The notes under the pieces: generated by a model
What the model saw: the letters and a program-made list of their open reading frames with translations, nothing else
The model's database searches: none
Told to the model about the DNA's origin: nothing
Shown here: positions 9,392-19,391 of the stretch, one piece after another
Numbering within the stretch: the first letter of the stretch is position 1
How the letters are laid out: each line of letters begins with the position of its first letter
NCBI GenBank assembly: GCA_965248755.1
Contig: OZ252149.1
Coordinates: 2,048,001-2,112,000, forward strand
DNA length: 64,000 nt
Direction: 5' to 3'
Origin: Candidatus Latescibacterota bacterium
GTDB taxonomy: Bacteria > Latescibacterota > CBDEFO01
Position numbers and translations under genes: made by a program

Positions 9392-9623
9392 GATAGTGTT
9401 AGTATATATTGAAACGTTCAAAAGTCAAGGACATTCTGTCCCACCTTCCATTGGGGGTCTTGCTCTTATTTTCCTTGACGTTCTACACAAAATTTAGCAT
9501 TTTTTTACTATAAGCTGTATCCTATTTGGTATCCTATTTGAACTGATGGCTGAAATATCTCAGGTCGCTCCTCCATTTAAAAACTCTGCGAATCGACAAA
9601 GTCATGTAATAATTTTAGGTTAA

Positions 9624-11048
9624 ATGTACTCAATAACATATCAATATAAAATAGGGGGACAAGAAATGGTGTGTTCGATGGACATACTGAGATATGGTAA
9701 AGGAGCACTATTTCTATTCCTGCTAGCCATCGGGGCCACAACTGCGCCGACCTCCTACGGTCAGGCAAAGCAACTAATGACCTTAGAGGAAGGGCTGCGC
9801 ATGGCGCTGGAGAGGAACGAGGCGATCCTGATGTCGCAGGAGGGCCTCCGCAGTTCGCACCAGCAGATCCGGGAGGCCCGGTCAGATGCGTTTCCGCAGA
9901 TTGACCTCTCTGTAGATTACGACCGCAACTGGCTCCTGCCGAGTTTTATCTTCGACATCCCCGACTCGGTCAGACAGTCCGTTACAGTGGGGACGCACAA
10001 CAATATCAACGGAGTAGTGAGCCTGAGGCAGGTGCTCTACAACGGAGGAAAGATAGGTGCCGCACGGAGGGTGGCGCAGCTCTTTGTCGACTTTTCCAGG
10101 GAGGATGTCCGCGCAGCGCGTCACCAGGTGATGGCCGAGGTGGAGATCTCCTTCTACGACCATCTGTTAGCCGGGGATCTGGTTAAGGTAAGTCGGCTCT
10201 CACTGGAGCGGGCCAAAGCCAATCTGATCCAGGTGCAGTCGCTCAATCGTGCAGGTCGGGTCTCGGACTACGATCTACTGCGAGCGGAGGTTCGTGTGGC
10301 ACAGCTCCTCCCCCATTCAAGCCGCGCCCAGAACAACCTCATATTGACCCAGATGGCCTTCAAAAACACCATCGGAATGGACCTGGACCGCCAAATGGAG
10401 GTGGTCGGGGAGTTCCGAGAGGAGACCTCATTAGAGATGAGTCGCCTGGAGGATATAGTACGCACGGCTTTGGAGCTTCGCCCGGAGATGCGCCAGGTTA
10501 TGCATCGGGTCAGAATGCGCAGGAAGGCGATAGAGGTCGTTCAGGCAGAATCCCGTCCTTCTGTAAGCCTGCAGGTGGACGGACTACTTCAGATTCAAAG
10601 CAATCAGTTCCAGTTCGAAAGGGACGATGCGCGCCAGAGTTGGTCCACAGGGATATCGGTGGAGATGCCCCTGTTCGACGGCCTTCGCACAAAGGCGCAG
10701 GTGGCACAGGCCAGGATCGCTCTTCGCCGAGCCCAGATCGAGTCCGACCGACTCGAACGGAACATCCGGCTGGAGATCACCAGGTCGTGGTTAGAACTTC
10801 AAGAGGCAAAAGAGCGGATTCGGGCACAGGAGGGGACGGTAGCTCAAGCCGAACGTGGACTTGAGATCGCAGAGTCGCGTTACGCCAACGGCGTAGGCAC
10901 ACAACTTGAAGTTCTGGATGCGCAGCTGGCCCTGATCCAGGCAGAGACCGAATATAGCCAGAGCCTGAGAGACCGTGCCGTAGCACTGGTGGCGCTGGAA
11001 CTGGCCTCCGGGACGATCGGAGAACCTAAAGCAAAGGGAAAAAGATGA
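9624..11048 (+). CDS. TolC-family outer membrane efflux protein
   Basis: MTLEEGLRMALERN, two OEP repeats, 'RYANGVGTQLEVLDAQ'; start could be a downstream ATG. Confidence 0.92.
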   Translation: MYSITYQYKIGGQEMVCSMDILRYGKGALFLFLLAIGATTAPTSYGQAKQLMTLEEGLRMALERNEAILMSQEGLRSSHQQIREARSDAFPQIDLSVDYDRNWLLPSFIFDIPDSVRQSVTVGTHNNINGVVSLRQVLYNGGKIGAARRVAQLFVDFSREDVRAARHQVMAEVEISFYDHLLAGDLVKVSRLSLERAKANLIQVQSLNRAGRVSDYDLLRAEVRVAQLLPHSSRAQNNLILTQMAFKNTIGMDLDRQMEVVGEFREETSLEMSRLEDIVRTALELRPEMRQVMHRVRMRRKAIEVVQAESRPSVSLQVDGLLQIQSNQFQFERDDARQSWSTGISVEMPLFDGLRTKAQVAQARIALRRAQIESDRLERNIRLEITRSWLELQEAKERIRAQEGTVAQAERGLEIAESRYANGVGTQLEVLDAQLALIQAETEYSQSLRDRAVALVALELASGTIGEPKAKGKR

Positions 11049-12190
11049 GGAGAAAAGAGGAAACGATCAGTGTCTTTAAGGGAACGGGTACCCACTCGAA
11101 GAGAAGGGACGGGAGGAGGATGCCCTGTCTCCCCCGATTTAATCTATCGGGGGCTGCTGTCTACTGTCTACTTATGCTCTGTCAGATCGGATGCGGAGAG
11201 TCCGAAGACGGATCGGGGTCGGACGCAGCGGACACGGAGCGCGTAACGAACGTGGCTCTCTACGTCATCGATCCAGATACTCTGATTCAGTACAGCCGTC
11301 TTTTAACCACAGCCAGGGCCTGGAGGGAGGTGGAAGTCGGATTTCGGGAAGGAGGGACTGTGGCCGAGATATTTGCGGAGATGGGAGACCACGTGACGGA
11401 AGGTAAGATCTTAGCTCGTCTGGAGGCCGACCTGTTGGAAGCGGCATCTATAGAGGCGGAAGCCGGGCTTAAGTTCCAGAGCTACAACTACGAACGGGCA
11501 CAGCGTCTCTACGACGAGGGTTCGATCTCCGAATACGACCTCTACAAAGCCGAGTACAGCTTTAATCAGGCCAGGTCAAACGCTCAGACGATCCGTCATC
11601 GCCTGAAGCATGCGGTGCTGAGAGCGCCCTATAAAGGTGAGGTGGCAAAGCGCACGATCGAGATAGGTCAATTCGTACAGCCGGGAATTCCCGCCTTTCA
11701 GATAGTGCAGGTCGATAGGATAAAGGCAGAATCCTGGGTGCCTGAAAATGAGATCTCCGACTTTTCGGAAGGAGGAGAGGTGCAAGTCCGCTTCGACGCC
11801 TGTCCAAATGAGGTCTTCTTCGGAACCGTAGGCAGAGTAGGGCCCGCCGCCGATTCTGCCGGTCGGGTCTTCCCCATGGAGATCCACATGGACAACGTGG
11901 AAGGACAGGTTCGCCCGGGGATGATCGGAAGGCTCAAAGCAGTGCGTCGCATCTACCGGGAGGTGGTGGTCATCCCCAGAGAGGCGGTTCTGGAGAGGGA
12001 GGAAGGTCCGGCAGTCTTCGTGGTGAACAATGACGTCTCTCACCTGAGACATGTGACATTAGGGGCAGCAGAGGGTGCCCGCGTGATCGTGGAGAACGGG
12101 CTGGATTTCGAAGATCAGATCGTGGTGAAGGGAGGACGGTATCTCATCGACGGCGACAGGGTGAAGGTGATGGAGGTCATAGTAAAATGA
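11045..12190 (+). CDS. RND periplasmic adaptor (MFP) lipoprotein
   Basis: Lipobox-like QIGC; GDHVTEGKILARL, RAPYKGEV, VRPGM, IPREAV. Confidence 0.92.
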   Translation: MRRKEETISVFKGTGTHSKRRDGRRMPCLPRFNLSGAAVYCLLMLCQIGCGESEDGSGSDAADTERVTNVALYVIDPDTLIQYSRLLTTARAWREVEVGFREGGTVAEIFAEMGDHVTEGKILARLEADLLEAASIEAEAGLKFQSYNYERAQRLYDEGSISEYDLYKAEYSFNQARSNAQTIRHRLKHAVLRAPYKGEVAKRTIEIGQFVQPGIPAFQIVQVDRIKAESWVPENEISDFSEGGEVQVRFDACPNEVFFGTVGRVGPAADSAGRVFPMEIHMDNVEGQVRPGMIGRLKAVRRIYREVVVIPREAVLEREEGPAVFVVNNDVSHLRHVTLGAAEGARVIVENGLDFEDQIVVKGGRYLIDGDRVKVMEVIVK

Positions 12191-15100
12191 GGATAACAGA
12201 ATACGCCATCCGCCACCGGGTCACGGTCTACGTGCTTGCGATCATATTTATCCTCTTCGGGGGTTACTCGTACTGGTCGCTTCCGAGGGAGGCTGCGCCG
12301 GACATCACCATCCCCTTTATTATAGTCAGCACGCTCTACATCGGCGCGCCTCCGCAGGACGTAGAGAACCTCGTCACACGTCCTATCGAAAAGGAACTGC
12401 AGGGACTGGAGAACGTGAAGGAGATCAGATCCACGTCGGCGGAGGGCGGATCCACCATCTCCATCGAATTCAATCCGAACGTAGATATAGACGACGCCCT
12501 GCAGAAGGTCAAGGACAAGGTGGATCTGGCTAAACCCGACTTCCCCGAGGATACTGAGGATCCGATCGTAATGGAGATCAACTTCTCCGATATCCCGATG
12601 ATGATCGTCAATTTGGCCGGGGACTACGGTCTGATCCGTCTGAAGGAGATGGCTGAGGATCTGCAGGACGACATTGAGACGATCCCGGGGATACTGGAGG
12701 CGCGTATAGCCGGAGGATTGGAACGGGAAGTCAAGGTCGATGTGGATCCGGATCGACTGACGGCCTACGGTCTATCGATCCAGGACGTGATCGAGACGGT
12801 GCAGAGAGAAAATGTGACGCTGCCAGGGGGAAGTGTGGAAATGGGAAGCTACAAATACGCCGTGCGCGTGCCGGGGGAGTTTGAGGCCGTTACCCAGATC
12901 GACGACCTCATAATCGAGGCGATAGGAGGTCGTCCCGTCTATATCAAAGACGTGGCAGAGGTGAGCTACGGCTTCGAAGACCGTGTCAGCTACGCACGCC
13001 TCAACCGACAGTCGTGCGTGAGCCTCTCGGTGATCAAGCGGAGCGGCGAGAACCTGATCCAGATCTCCGACCAGGTGAAGGCCCTACTCGAAGGTAAAAG
13101 TAAGAATCTCCCCCCCGGAACACAGATGACGGTACTGGCCGACCAGTCGGACGATATCAGGATGATGGTCAAGGACCTGGAGAACAACATCATCTCCGGG
13201 CTGTTGCTTGTGGTAGTTGTGCTCTTTCTGTTCATGGGCGTGCGCAACTCCTTCTTCGTGGGGGTTGCTATACCCTTTTCGATGCTGATCTCGTTTATGA
13301 TCATCCAGGCGATAGGGATCACACTAAATATGGTGGTCCTCTTCGGTCTGATCCTGGCACTCGGGATGTTAGTGGACAATGCGATCGTCATCGTGGAGAA
13401 CATCTATCGACATCGGCAGGAGGGAAAAGGCAGAGATGAAGGGGCGCGCTTCGGGACGGACGAGGTCGCAGCTCCCGTGATCGCCTCGACCGTTACCACG
13501 CTCTGCGCCTTTGCACCGATGATCTTCTGGCCGGGGATTATGGGGGAATTTATGAAGTATCTGCCTATCACTTTGATAGTGGCGCTCTCCTCTTCTCTCT
13601 TTGTAGGATTGGTGATGAACCCCACGTTCTGTTCGTCCTTTATGACCGCGGGAGGGAAAAAAGAGGAGACTTCCCCGCGGCTTTTGAAGGTGCTCAGACA
13701 CTATCAGCGCATCCTGGAGGCGGCGCTTGACAGGCCGTGGCGGACGATGATGCTCGCTATGGGCACCCTGATTGCGGTGATCCTGCTCTACCGTCTCCTG
13801 GGCGTGGGTGTGGAGTTTTTCCCTGAGGTGGAGCCTGAGAAGGCCTACATAGACGTCCGCGCCCCTTCCGGGACCAACCTGGAGGAATCGGATCGGATCG
13901 TGAGGCACATCGAGGAGATATTGGAGGATATTCCGGACGTGGAGACCTTCGTCGCCAACGTTGGATCTTCAGGCGACGCTGAGGACTTTTCGTTCGAGGG
14001 AGGAGTACCTCACAAGAGCCGGGTGACGATCGACTTCGTGGAGGAAGACCAGCGTCAACAGTCCAGCTTCAAGACTGTGGAGGAGATACGGTCGAAGCTG
14101 TCGAAGATCACCGGCGCCCAGATCGAGATCAGCAAGGAGCGGTCGGGTCCCCCCACTGGCGCCCCGATTAGCGTGGAGATCTCAGGGGAGGATTTCAGAG
14201 TTCTGGGCGATCTTGCCCAGAAGGTGAAGAGAATCACAGCAGGAGTGCCCGGAGTAGTGGACCTTCGGGACAACTACGACCGGGGGCGTCCGGAGATGCA
14301 CATTCTCGTGGATCGAGAGGAGGCCGCCCTGGCGGGACTGGATACACGGCTCATCGCCTCCACAGTCCGCTCGGCCATCTACGGCACAGAGGCGTCGGAA
14401 TACCGCGTGGGGGAGGACGAGTACAACATCCGGGTGCGCTTCAGACCGGATCGGCGCAGGAGCCTTTCAGATCTGGAGCGGATCATGGTGGAACAGGACG
14501 GGCAACTGATCCCGCTGAGTACGATTGCAAGGGTAGAGACGAGCGGAGGGTTTGGGAGTATACAGCGCAAAGATCTCAAGCGAATGGTCACAGTGGAGGG
14601 GAAGGTCGAGGGGCGTACGTCGGATGCAGCCCTCAAGGACGTGCAGGCGGCGCTGGCCGAGTTTCATCTCCCCCCGGGCTACCGTATCGACTACTCCGGA
14701 GAGAACGAAGAACAGCAAGCGGCGGAGGACTTTCTGATCAAGGCGTTCGTGGTCGCTATCTTCGCGATCGCCCTGGTGCTGATCACACACTTTAACTCAG
14801 TCCTTCTGCCTTTGGCGGTCCTCTCGTCGGTGGTCCTCTCCCTCATCGGTGTCCTGATCGGTCTCCTGGTGATGCGCATGCCCTTCGGCGTGATCATGAC
14901 GGGAATCGGGGTCATCAGCCTTGCGGGAGTGGTGGTCAACAACGCCATCGTGATGATCGATTACACCTTAAAGCTGAGGGATCGAGGCCTTCCCCCCCGA
15001 CAGGCCATAGTTCAAGCCGGGCTGACTCGATTCCGTCCGGTCATCCTGACGGCGATCACGACCATTTTGGGCCTTATCCCCCTTTCGACCGGCATCAGCT

Positions 15101-15264
15101 TCGACTTCTTCACGTTCAGCTGGGAGATCGGAGGCAGGAGCAGTCAGTGGTGGGGACCGATGGGCGTAGCCGTGATCTTCGGGCTTGCTTTCGCTACGAC
15201 ATTGACCTTGATAGTGGTTCCGGTGATTGTCAGTCTGATCTGGCGGATAACAGAACAGGAATAG
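12187..15264 (+). CDS. RND efflux permease (AcrB/AcrD/AcrF family)
   Basis: GMLVDNAIVIVENI, GVVVNNAIV, RFRPVILTA; 1025 aa. Confidence 0.96.
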   Translation: MRITEYAIRHRVTVYVLAIIFILFGGYSYWSLPREAAPDITIPFIIVSTLYIGAPPQDVENLVTRPIEKELQGLENVKEIRSTSAEGGSTISIEFNPNVDIDDALQKVKDKVDLAKPDFPEDTEDPIVMEINFSDIPMMIVNLAGDYGLIRLKEMAEDLQDDIETIPGILEARIAGGLEREVKVDVDPDRLTAYGLSIQDVIETVQRENVTLPGGSVEMGSYKYAVRVPGEFEAVTQIDDLIIEAIGGRPVYIKDVAEVSYGFEDRVSYARLNRQSCVSLSVIKRSGENLIQISDQVKALLEGKSKNLPPGTQMTVLADQSDDIRMMVKDLENNIISGLLLVVVVLFLFMGVRNSFFVGVAIPFSMLISFMIIQAIGITLNMVVLFGLILALGMLVDNAIVIVENIYRHRQEGKGRDEGARFGTDEVAAPVIASTVTTLCAFAPMIFWPGIMGEFMKYLPITLIVALSSSLFVGLVMNPTFCSSFMTAGGKKEETSPRLLKVLRHYQRILEAALDRPWRTMMLAMGTLIAVILLYRLLGVGVEFFPEVEPEKAYIDVRAPSGTNLEESDRIVRHIEEILEDIPDVETFVANVGSSGDAEDFSFEGGVPHKSRVTIDFVEEDQRQQSSFKTVEEIRSKLSKITGAQIEISKERSGPPTGAPISVEISGEDFRVLGDLAQKVKRITAGVPGVVDLRDNYDRGRPEMHILVDREEAALAGLDTRLIASTVRSAIYGTEASEYRVGEDEYNIRVRFRPDRRRSLSDLERIMVEQDGQLIPLSTIARVETSGGFGSIQRKDLKRMVTVEGKVEGRTSDAALKDVQAALAEFHLPPGYRIDYSGENEEQQAAEDFLIKAFVVAIFAIALVLITHFNSVLLPLAVLSSVVLSLIGVLIGLLVMRMPFGVIMTGIGVISLAGVVVNNAIVMIDYTLKLRDRGLPPRQAIVQAGLTRFRPVILTAITTILGLIPLSTGISFDFFTFSWEIGGRSSQWWGPMGVAVIFGLAFATTLTLIVVPVIVSLIWRITEQE

Positions 15265-15439
15265 AGTTGCTAAGGAAGATGAGAGTTTTTTTGAAAAATA
15301 CCTTCTCAAGAAGTATGAACAGCCTGGCCGCAGTGTTAGCAGCCAAGATCTCGGATAAATTAGGCGGAGAGCACGTTTAGGTGGAGGACTTGTTAGAAGG
15401 CGATAAATACGCAAGATTCAGATTGAAGGAGCAAAGATA

Positions 15440-16069
15440 ATGAAAGAGGACAATTCCTACGATCAAACGTATGCAAGTCAAGAATACTATTGGGGAAAGA
15501 AACCCTCCGCCATATGCGATAGAATTATAGAAATTATCCGACCCAGCTTGGACTTTCATCCCAAGCTACTGGACCTGGGTTGTGGTGAAGGAAGAAACGC
15601 TGTCTATTTTGCCAAACATGGTTTTGAGGTTATCGGCCTCGATGCGTCTTTGGTTGGCCTGGGGAAAACAACGGCGTACGCTGAGAAAGTTGGAGGTCAC
15701 ATTGAAACGATCCACGCTGACATTGTAAACTACGAGTTTGAAGATACCTACGACGTCATCTTCTCGACAGGAACTTTACAGTATCTGCCGCCTGGAGTAC
15801 GAGACCAACGTTTCCAGAACTACAAGGATTGCACTTCGCATAATGGCATCAACGCACTCTCTGTATTTGTGAGAAAGCCATTCATTCCGAGAGCGCCGGA
15901 CGCAGAAGAGACAGCCTTCCCTTACAGATCTGGCGAGTTGATGAGCTATTACTGGGACTGGGAGATCCTCTACTGCACAGAGCATATCTTTGACTGTATG
16001 TCCAGCGGCGTTCCTCACAAACACGCTGTCAACAGGATAATAGCCAGGAGGTATCGTAAAGGAGGATAA
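15440..16069 (+). CDS. Class I SAM-dependent methyltransferase (TehB-like)
   Basis: LLDLGCGEGRNAVYFAKHGFEV.GLD. Confidence 0.88.
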   Translation: MKEDNSYDQTYASQEYYWGKKPSAICDRIIEIIRPSLDFHPKLLDLGCGEGRNAVYFAKHGFEVIGLDASLVGLGKTTAYAEKVGGHIETIHADIVNYEFEDTYDVIFSTGTLQYLPPGVRDQRFQNYKDCTSHNGINALSVFVRKPFIPRAPDAEETAFPYRSGELMSYYWDWEILYCTEHIFDCMSSGVPHKHAVNRIIARRYRKGG

Positions 16070-16070
16070 T

Positions 16071-16226
16071 ATGAAGACGTACCTTGTCGCTATTGTGGGT
16101 CTGGGCCGGATGGGAAGCACCATCGACGAGGGAGTAGTTGATTATCCTGTGGTTACACTGCCCTATTCGATTGCGGCATCTGCCTCTTATCGCTGGCTCA
16201 GCTACTCTGCAAGTACACGATACTAA
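16071..16226 (+). pseudogene. N-terminal remnant of a Gfo/Idh/MocA oxidoreductase
   Basis: GGAGG RBS, then MKTYLVAIVGLGRMGSTIDE (Rossmann GxGxxG); stop after 51 aa. Confidence 0.65.
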
Positions 16227-16267
16227 GGAGGGGAGCCAGTGCACCCACCGTCTAACTCCGATTGAAT

Positions 16268-17548
16268 CTATCGAGGGCATGTGTCTCCTGCCCTTCGTCC
16301 TATATCCCTCCTGTAATGCATCCCATCGAAGTGTATCTTCTCCATAGCCTCGTAAGCCACTGAGATCGTATCGTTGAGGTCATATCCTAAGGCAGTGATC
16401 CCAAGTACCCTTCCGCCGCTGGTGACTACTTTGCCGTCTTTTATTGTCGTTCCGGCGTGGAAGACAAGCACATCTTCGAGTCTCTCTACCAAATCGAGTC
16501 CGCTGATGGGCACTCCGACTTCGTAGTCCCCGGGATAACCTCCCGACGCCGCTACGACGCATACCGCGGCTCTGTAGGAGTTTTTGAAGGCGACATCTTT
16601 AAGATCGCCGTCTATTACGGCTGTGATGACTTCTACTATGTCGTTCTCGATAAGCGGAAGCGTGACCTGCGCCTCCGGGTCGCCGAACCTGCTGTTGAAC
16701 TCAATGACCTTCGGGCCGTCGTCCGTGACGATAAGACCTCCGTAGAGGACGCCTTTATACTCTCTCCCCTCCTCCCTGAGACCCTCTATAGTGGGGCGAA
16801 TTATCCTGTCAACTATCTGGCTCATGATCTCATCAGTCACCAAAGCCGCGGGGGCGTAGGCCCCCATCCCACCTGTGTTCGGCCCTTCATCGTTATCGAA
16901 CGCCCTCTTATGATCCTGAGATGAGACGAGAAGCACCATGTCACTCCCGTCCGTTATAGCGAATATGGACGTCTCCTCACCTTCCAGATATTCCTCTATA
17001 ACTACACTATCACCTGCCCCCCCGAATACCCTCTCCTTCATTATGGAATACAGAGCCTTTTCGGCTTCGTCCTCACTCACCGCGACGATAACACCCTTTC
17101 CTTTAGCCAGACCCGACGCCTTTACGACTATAGGAGCTCCCACGTCCTTGAGGTATCCTGAAGCCTCGTCGTAGTCGGTAAAAGTCTGATATTGAGCGGT
17201 CGGGATGCCGTGCCTTGCCATAAAGTCCTTGGCAAAGGCCTTGCTCCACTCGATCTGGGAGGCGGCTTTTGTAGGACCGAATATCCTCTGTCCACTCTCC
17301 TGGAAACGATCCACTATCCCCATAGCGAGGGGATCGTCAGGACCCACGACAGTTATATCTATCTCTTCTTTGATGGCTAATTCCAGAAGTCCCTCTATGT
17401 CCTCCGCCTTTATGGGGACGCACTGGGCAATGCCATCTATTCCGGCGTTCCCGGGGGCGGCGAATATCTTCTTGACGTTGGGACTTTGAGCCATCTTCCA
17501 GACGAGCGTATGTTCCCGCCCTCCGCTTCCTATGACTAATATCTTAAT
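16268..17548 (-). CDS. purD: Phosphoribosylamine--glycine ligase; conserved N-terminus begins at an ATT codon
   Basis: (I)KILVIGSGGREH upstream of the tracked ATG; QDHKR, GPNTGGMGAY, EFNSRFGDPE. Confidence 0.96.
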   Translation of the reverse strand: MKILVIGSGGREHTLVWKMAQSPNVKKIFAAPGNAGIDGIAQCVPIKAEDIEGLLELAIKEEIDITVVGPDDPLAMGIVDRFQESGQRIFGPTKAASQIEWSKAFAKDFMARHGIPTAQYQTFTDYDEASGYLKDVGAPIVVKASGLAKGKGVIVAVSEDEAEKALYSIMKERVFGGAGDSVVIEEYLEGEETSIFAITDGSDMVLLVSSQDHKRAFDNDEGPNTGGMGAYAPAALVTDEIMSQIVDRIIRPTIEGLREEGREYKGVLYGGLIVTDDGPKVIEFNSRFGDPEAQVTLPLIENDIVEVITAVIDGDLKDVAFKNSYRAAVCVVAASGGYPGDYEVGVPISGLDLVERLEDVLVFHAGTTIKDGKVVTSGGRVLGITALGYDLNDTISVAYEAMEKIHFDGMHYRRDIGRRAGDTCPR

Positions 17549-17612
17549 TTAACACCTCACGAAAGTCACATCTGTGTCGATTGTCAGGGCAGACACGCGG
17601 GTTCGCCCCTAC

Positions 17613-18548
17613 TTATTGCCAATATCCGAACTCTCTCAGATCCGAATCCTTATTTCTCCAATCTTTTCTGACCTTGACCCACAGGTCTAAATATACGGGT
17701 GTTTGGAGGAAATCCTCTATTTTGACTCTGGACGCCCTGCCTATGGATTTGAGCGACCTCCCCTTTGCACCTATGACGATGCCCTTTTGAGATTCTCTCT
17801 CCACAAATATATTGGCGCTGATGTAGGTCTTTTCTCCTCTCTTTGTGAATTCCTCTACAAGCACGGCTGTCGAGTACGGGATCTCCTCTCTCAACTGGTC
17901 GAACACCTCCTCCCGTATCAACTCCGAGACGAAGAACCTTTCAGGTTGTTCAGCGATCACGTCCTCCGGATAGAGACGAGGACCAGAAGGGAGATATTTT
18001 TCGAGCAGGACTCTAAGTCGATCCAGATTTCTTCCGTAGAGCGCCGAGACGGGTATCACTTCATCTTTTGATTCAAGCTTGACCAGTTGGGAGATCATTA
18101 CGATTACTTCATCAGATGAGATCAAGTCTGCCTTGTTGAGCGCAAGAATTAGCGGAATCCTTATATCCTGAAGCCTGTTCTTTATATGCTCATCGAAAGT
18201 GTCCTCAAAGCGACACGCATCTACCATCAACAGGGCCACGTCTGCCTCTTTTATTGAGTGGTCTAGCTGTCTGCCCATAGCCTCCTGGAGTCTGTATTTG
18301 GGCTTTAGAACACCGGGCGTATCCAGGAAGATCATCTGAGACGTTGCACTCGTCGCTATGCCCAGGACGTTTGTTCTAGTGGTCTGCGCCTTGGGCGTGA
18401 CGATGGAGAGCTTCTGTCCTATAAGCGCGTTAAACAGCGTAGACTTGCCGACATTGGGCTTTCCTATTATGGCCACATAGCCGCTTTTGTATGCGTCACC
18501 TGGGGAGATATCCCCCTCTTTATTCGTGTCTTTCAAGGATTGTTCCAT
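17613..18548 (-). CDS. era: GTPase Era
   Basis: GKPNVGKST, QTTR, DTPG, NKAD, KH domain 'SQKGIVIG', LDLWVKV. Confidence 0.97.
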   Translation of the reverse strand: MEQSLKDTNKEGDISPGDAYKSGYVAIIGKPNVGKSTLFNALIGQKLSIVTPKAQTTRTNVLGIATSATSQMIFLDTPGVLKPKYRLQEAMGRQLDHSIKEADVALLMVDACRFEDTFDEHIKNRLQDIRIPLILALNKADLISSDEVIVMISQLVKLESKDEVIPVSALYGRNLDRLRVLLEKYLPSGPRLYPEDVIAEQPERFFVSELIREEVFDQLREEIPYSTAVLVEEFTKRGEKTYISANIFVERESQKGIVIGAKGRSLKSIGRASRVKIEDFLQTPVYLDLWVKVRKDWRNKDSDLREFGYWQ

Positions 18549-18575
18549 ATCAGGAAGGGACGGAAGGACTCATCT

Positions 18576-19385
18576 TTATAGACTCTGCTTCGCGTATGTA
18601 ACAGCGTTTTGGAAGATAGCCATTCCATCCCCTCTTTCTTTAAGCCCCTCTCTGGTCCATCTGGGATGCTGCGTCGGATGAATGTGCCTTTCAGGGTGAG
18701 GCATCAGACCGAATATCCTGCCCGTTGGATCGCATATTCCAGCTATACGATCCGTCGAACCGTTGGGATTCCAGGGGTAGTCCGCTGGATTTCCGTGATC
18801 GTCAACGTATCTGAGGACTATCTGACGGTTCTCCACAAGGGCAGACAGTGTCTCCTGGTCTCTTGTTATGAATTTTCCTTCGCCGTGCGCCACGGGTAGA
18901 TAGATCTTGCTATCTAGATCCTGTGTGAAGACGCACTTGGTCTCTTCGCCTTTTTCCAGATAGACCCATCTGTCTTCAAATTTGCCGGAGTCGTTGTTTG
19001 TGAGCGTGGCCTCAGCCAGTGGGGCTTCCGCCTGAGGCTTGTACGACCCCTCCAAAGCTGGAAGCAGTCCCGCTTTGACGAGGGCCTGGAAGCCGTTGCA
19101 TATGCCTATTACGAGCTTTCCGTCCTCTATGAACCTCCCAATCTGATCGTAAAGTTTGTACCTGAGTTCGTTGGCAAGTATCTTGCCGGCTGCGACATCG
19201 TCTCCGTAGGTGAAGCCTCCGGGAAGGGCAAGGATGTGATACTCAGAGAGGAAGGAAGGAGCTTTTATTACGCGGTTTATATGGATCAGACTCGTCTCGG
19301 CGCCTGCTTGCTGGAGGGCAAACTCGGTCTCCTGGTCGCAGTTGGTTCCGGCGGTCCTTAGTATTACGGCTTTGACTTCCGCCAT
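18576..19385 (-). CDS. purQ: FGAM synthase glutaminase subunit
   Basis: GTNCD, PGGFTYGD, GICNGFQ, AHGEG, NPNGS, MPHPER. Confidence 0.96.
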   Translation of the reverse strand: MAEVKAVILRTAGTNCDQETEFALQQAGAETSLIHINRVIKAPSFLSEYHILALPGGFTYGDDVAAGKILANELRYKLYDQIGRFIEDGKLVIGICNGFQALVKAGLLPALEGSYKPQAEAPLAEATLTNNDSGKFEDRWVYLEKGEETKCVFTQDLDSKIYLPVAHGEGKFITRDQETLSALVENRQIVLRYVDDHGNPADYPWNPNGSTDRIAGICDPTGRIFGLMPHPERHIHPTQHPRWTREGLKERGDGMAIFQNAVTYAKQSL

Positions 19386-19391
19386 TATCCC

